Below, piece after piece: positions 62,549 through 64,000 of a stretch of 64,000 nt of DNA (positions are counted from its first letter, which is position 1; each line of letters starts with the position of its first letter). A model generated the notes under the pieces. That model was given only the letters and a program-made list of their open reading frames with translations, was not told where the DNA came from and ran no database searches. A program made the translations under genes and the position numbers. The stretch lies in contig WGFB01000014.1 in the NCBI GenBank assembly GCA_015492435.1, forward strand, positions 15,728 through 79,727, in the 5' to 3' direction. Origin of the DNA: Gammaproteobacteria bacterium. Lineage in GTDB: Bacteria; Pseudomonadota; Gammaproteobacteria; SZUA-140.

Positions 62549-63802
62549 ATGAAACAGAACAAGCAGACAAATTACTTGCGCCAGAAAGTCAGCGTCGAGC
62601 ATCTCAAAATGGGTATGTATGTGTCCGCCCTGGACCGCCCGTGGCTGGAATCCGACTTTGTTTTCCAGGGCTTCCATATTCGCAGATTGAGCGATATCGA
62701 GCGCCTGAAAATACAATGCGAATATGTTTTCGTGGACCCCGAGCGCGGGGTCCCGGTCCCGCCGGAGCATGAACTTGATCCCTCGCCCGACGCCATGGAT
62801 GAATTGGCCGAGATATTCAAGAGCCCGTGCGGCAACGAACGCTACCCCGTCCAGACCTCAGTGGATGAAGAGATCGGCCTTGCCAGGGCCGGTTACAACG
62901 ATGCCCTGGAGCTGGTTTCCGACCTCTGCAAGGAAATCGCTTCGGGCCAGGTCGTCCGGACCCAGCATATCAAGCAAGCCCTGGATAAAATGATTGCCAG
63001 CATCCTGCGCAACCCCGACGCCTTCATGTGGTTGAAGCAACTCAAGGAAAAAGACAGCTATGCCTACTCCCACTGCGTGGACGCCTGCGGCCTGGCAGTG
63101 GCATTCGGGCGGCACCTGGGACTCCCCAAGGCGGAACTCGACAACCTCGCCGCAGGGACCTTGCTGTTCGACATAGGCAAACTGCAACTGCCGGCGGAAT
63201 TGCTGAACAAGCCCGGCCCTCTTACGGAAAAGGAATATGCCCTGATCAAGCGTCACGTGGAGTTCGGCGCGCGCATCGTCAGCGAGATGAAGGGGCCGAC
63301 CAAGGACATCCTGGAAGTCGTGCTGCACCACCATGAGCGCCACGATGGCAAGGGCTATCCCCGGGGCGTCATGGGACACCGCATCCCCGTCAATGGCAGG
63401 ATTGCGGCATTGGTGGACTGTTATGACGCCATCACGAGCGACCGCCCCTACCGGGAAGCCATGCCATCCCACGAGGCCATACAACTCTTGTATGAGTTTC
63501 GCGGCAAGGACTTCCAGGCCGACATGGTGGAGCAGTTCATCCAGTGCATTGGCCTGTATCCCGTGGGCACCCTGGTGGAGCTGAGCACGGGCGAGGTGGG
63601 TCTCGTCATGGCCCAGAACCGGTTGCGCCGGTTGCGCCCCAAGGTCCTGCTGATCCTGGATGGGAACAAAACCCCCTATGACTTCAATCCCGTGCTCAAT
63701 CTCCTCGAGGATCCTGCCGACAAGGACGGAAAGAGCATAGAGATCAGCCGTCCACTTCCAGCCCATTCATTTGGCATCGACGCCAGGGACTATTATTTGT
63801 GA
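62549..63802 (+). CDS. HD-GYP domain c-di-GMP phosphodiesterase with N-terminal DUF3391-like domain
   Basis: HD…HHERHDGKGYPRG contains the HD-GYP signature. 417 aa. Confidence 0.8.
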   Translation: MKQNKQTNYLRQKVSVEHLKMGMYVSALDRPWLESDFVFQGFHIRRLSDIERLKIQCEYVFVDPERGVPVPPEHELDPSPDAMDELAEIFKSPCGNERYPVQTSVDEEIGLARAGYNDALELVSDLCKEIASGQVVRTQHIKQALDKMIASILRNPDAFMWLKQLKEKDSYAYSHCVDACGLAVAFGRHLGLPKAELDNLAAGTLLFDIGKLQLPAELLNKPGPLTEKEYALIKRHVEFGARIVSEMKGPTKDILEVVLHHHERHDGKGYPRGVMGHRIPVNGRIAALVDCYDAITSDRPYREAMPSHEAIQLLYEFRGKDFQADMVEQFIQCIGLYPVGTLVELSTGEVGLVMAQNRLRRLRPKVLLILDGNKTPYDFNPVLNLLEDPADKDGKSIEISRPLPAHSFGIDARDYYL

Positions 63803-64000
63803 GACTTGCAAGCAGCGAGACAAGCCCCGGAGAACCCAGCGTCGCCCCCCGGCGTGACGAACTGCTGTCCGCCATCGACCACCTCGTTTCGAGGGCCGCC
63901 ACCCATGACCAGAAATTCGCCCTGCTGGTACTGAATCTGCTGGAATTCCGGGAGTTTAATATCCATTTCGGCCACCAGCAGGGGGATTTCCTGCTGCGCG
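63799..64000 (+). CDS. Partial ORF, possible GGDEF-domain protein (5' end only)
   Basis: Own translation from the GTG at 63799 (overlapping the HD-GYP stop: GTGA). It gives ...KFALLVLNLLEFREFNIHFGHQQGDFLLR, which resembles the GGDEF core (allliDlD.FK.iNd..GH..GD.vL). It runs off the window. Confidence 0.35.
   Translation, partial: MRLASSETSPGEPSVAPRRDELLSAIDHLVSRAATHDQKFALLVLNLLEFREFNIHFGHQQGDFLLR

Overview
High-GC (~62%) chromosomal segment from a betaproteobacterium-like genome. The his operon order (hisG-D-C-B-H-A-F-I-E followed by tatABC), murA next to hisG, and the rpe-gph-trpE block all point to that lineage. Nearly every gene is on the minus strand.

Content in window order:
- 1..9255: a glycoconjugate-type locus. 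It holds a partial DXD-like transferase, a PAPS-type sulfotransferase, a GT2 glycosyltransferase, an unknown DXD-like protein, a GT11 fucosyltransferase, two divergent ELM1/DUF1022 paralogs and an MsbA-like ABC exporter.
- 9300..17709: a complete bacterial ceramide module (spt, acp, cerR-like reductase, acyl-ACP synthetase, GNAT-type bCerS candidate). An NTP-transferase and a secreted unknown protein are co-operonic with bCerS.
- 17917..20818: trpE, gph, rpe.
- 20991..28385: a seven-gene Alternative Complex III cluster with actB split into two genes.
- 28846..39328: nif3, a DegS/AlgW-like protease, tatABC, and the nine his genes interrupted by an odd 192-bp spacer.
- 39628..61000: housekeeping genes: murA, bolA, nitrilase, yhdP, rng, maf, rlmH, rsfS, nadD, proA, holA, lptE, leuS, lnt, corC, ybeY, phoH, miaB.
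- 61034..64000: amt, an HD-GYP protein and a partial GGDEF-like ORF.

Non-coding structure: three copies of a ~159-bp palindromic MITE (Correia-like, with arm/centre discordance between copies), a 16-unit heptanucleotide tandem array, a thrice-repeated ~30-bp hairpin motif, and a pyrimidine-rich low-complexity tract inside the his operon.

The candidate for something new is the physical linkage of the ceramide module to sulfo/glycosyl-transferases, an exporter and the NTP-transferase/secreted pair. Together these suggest an undescribed anionic (sulfated?) glycosphingolipid pathway in a betaproteobacterium.

No tRNA, rRNA, CRISPR, integrase or prophage signatures were seen. Long plus-strand ORFs mirroring minus-strand genes are GC-bias artefacts.
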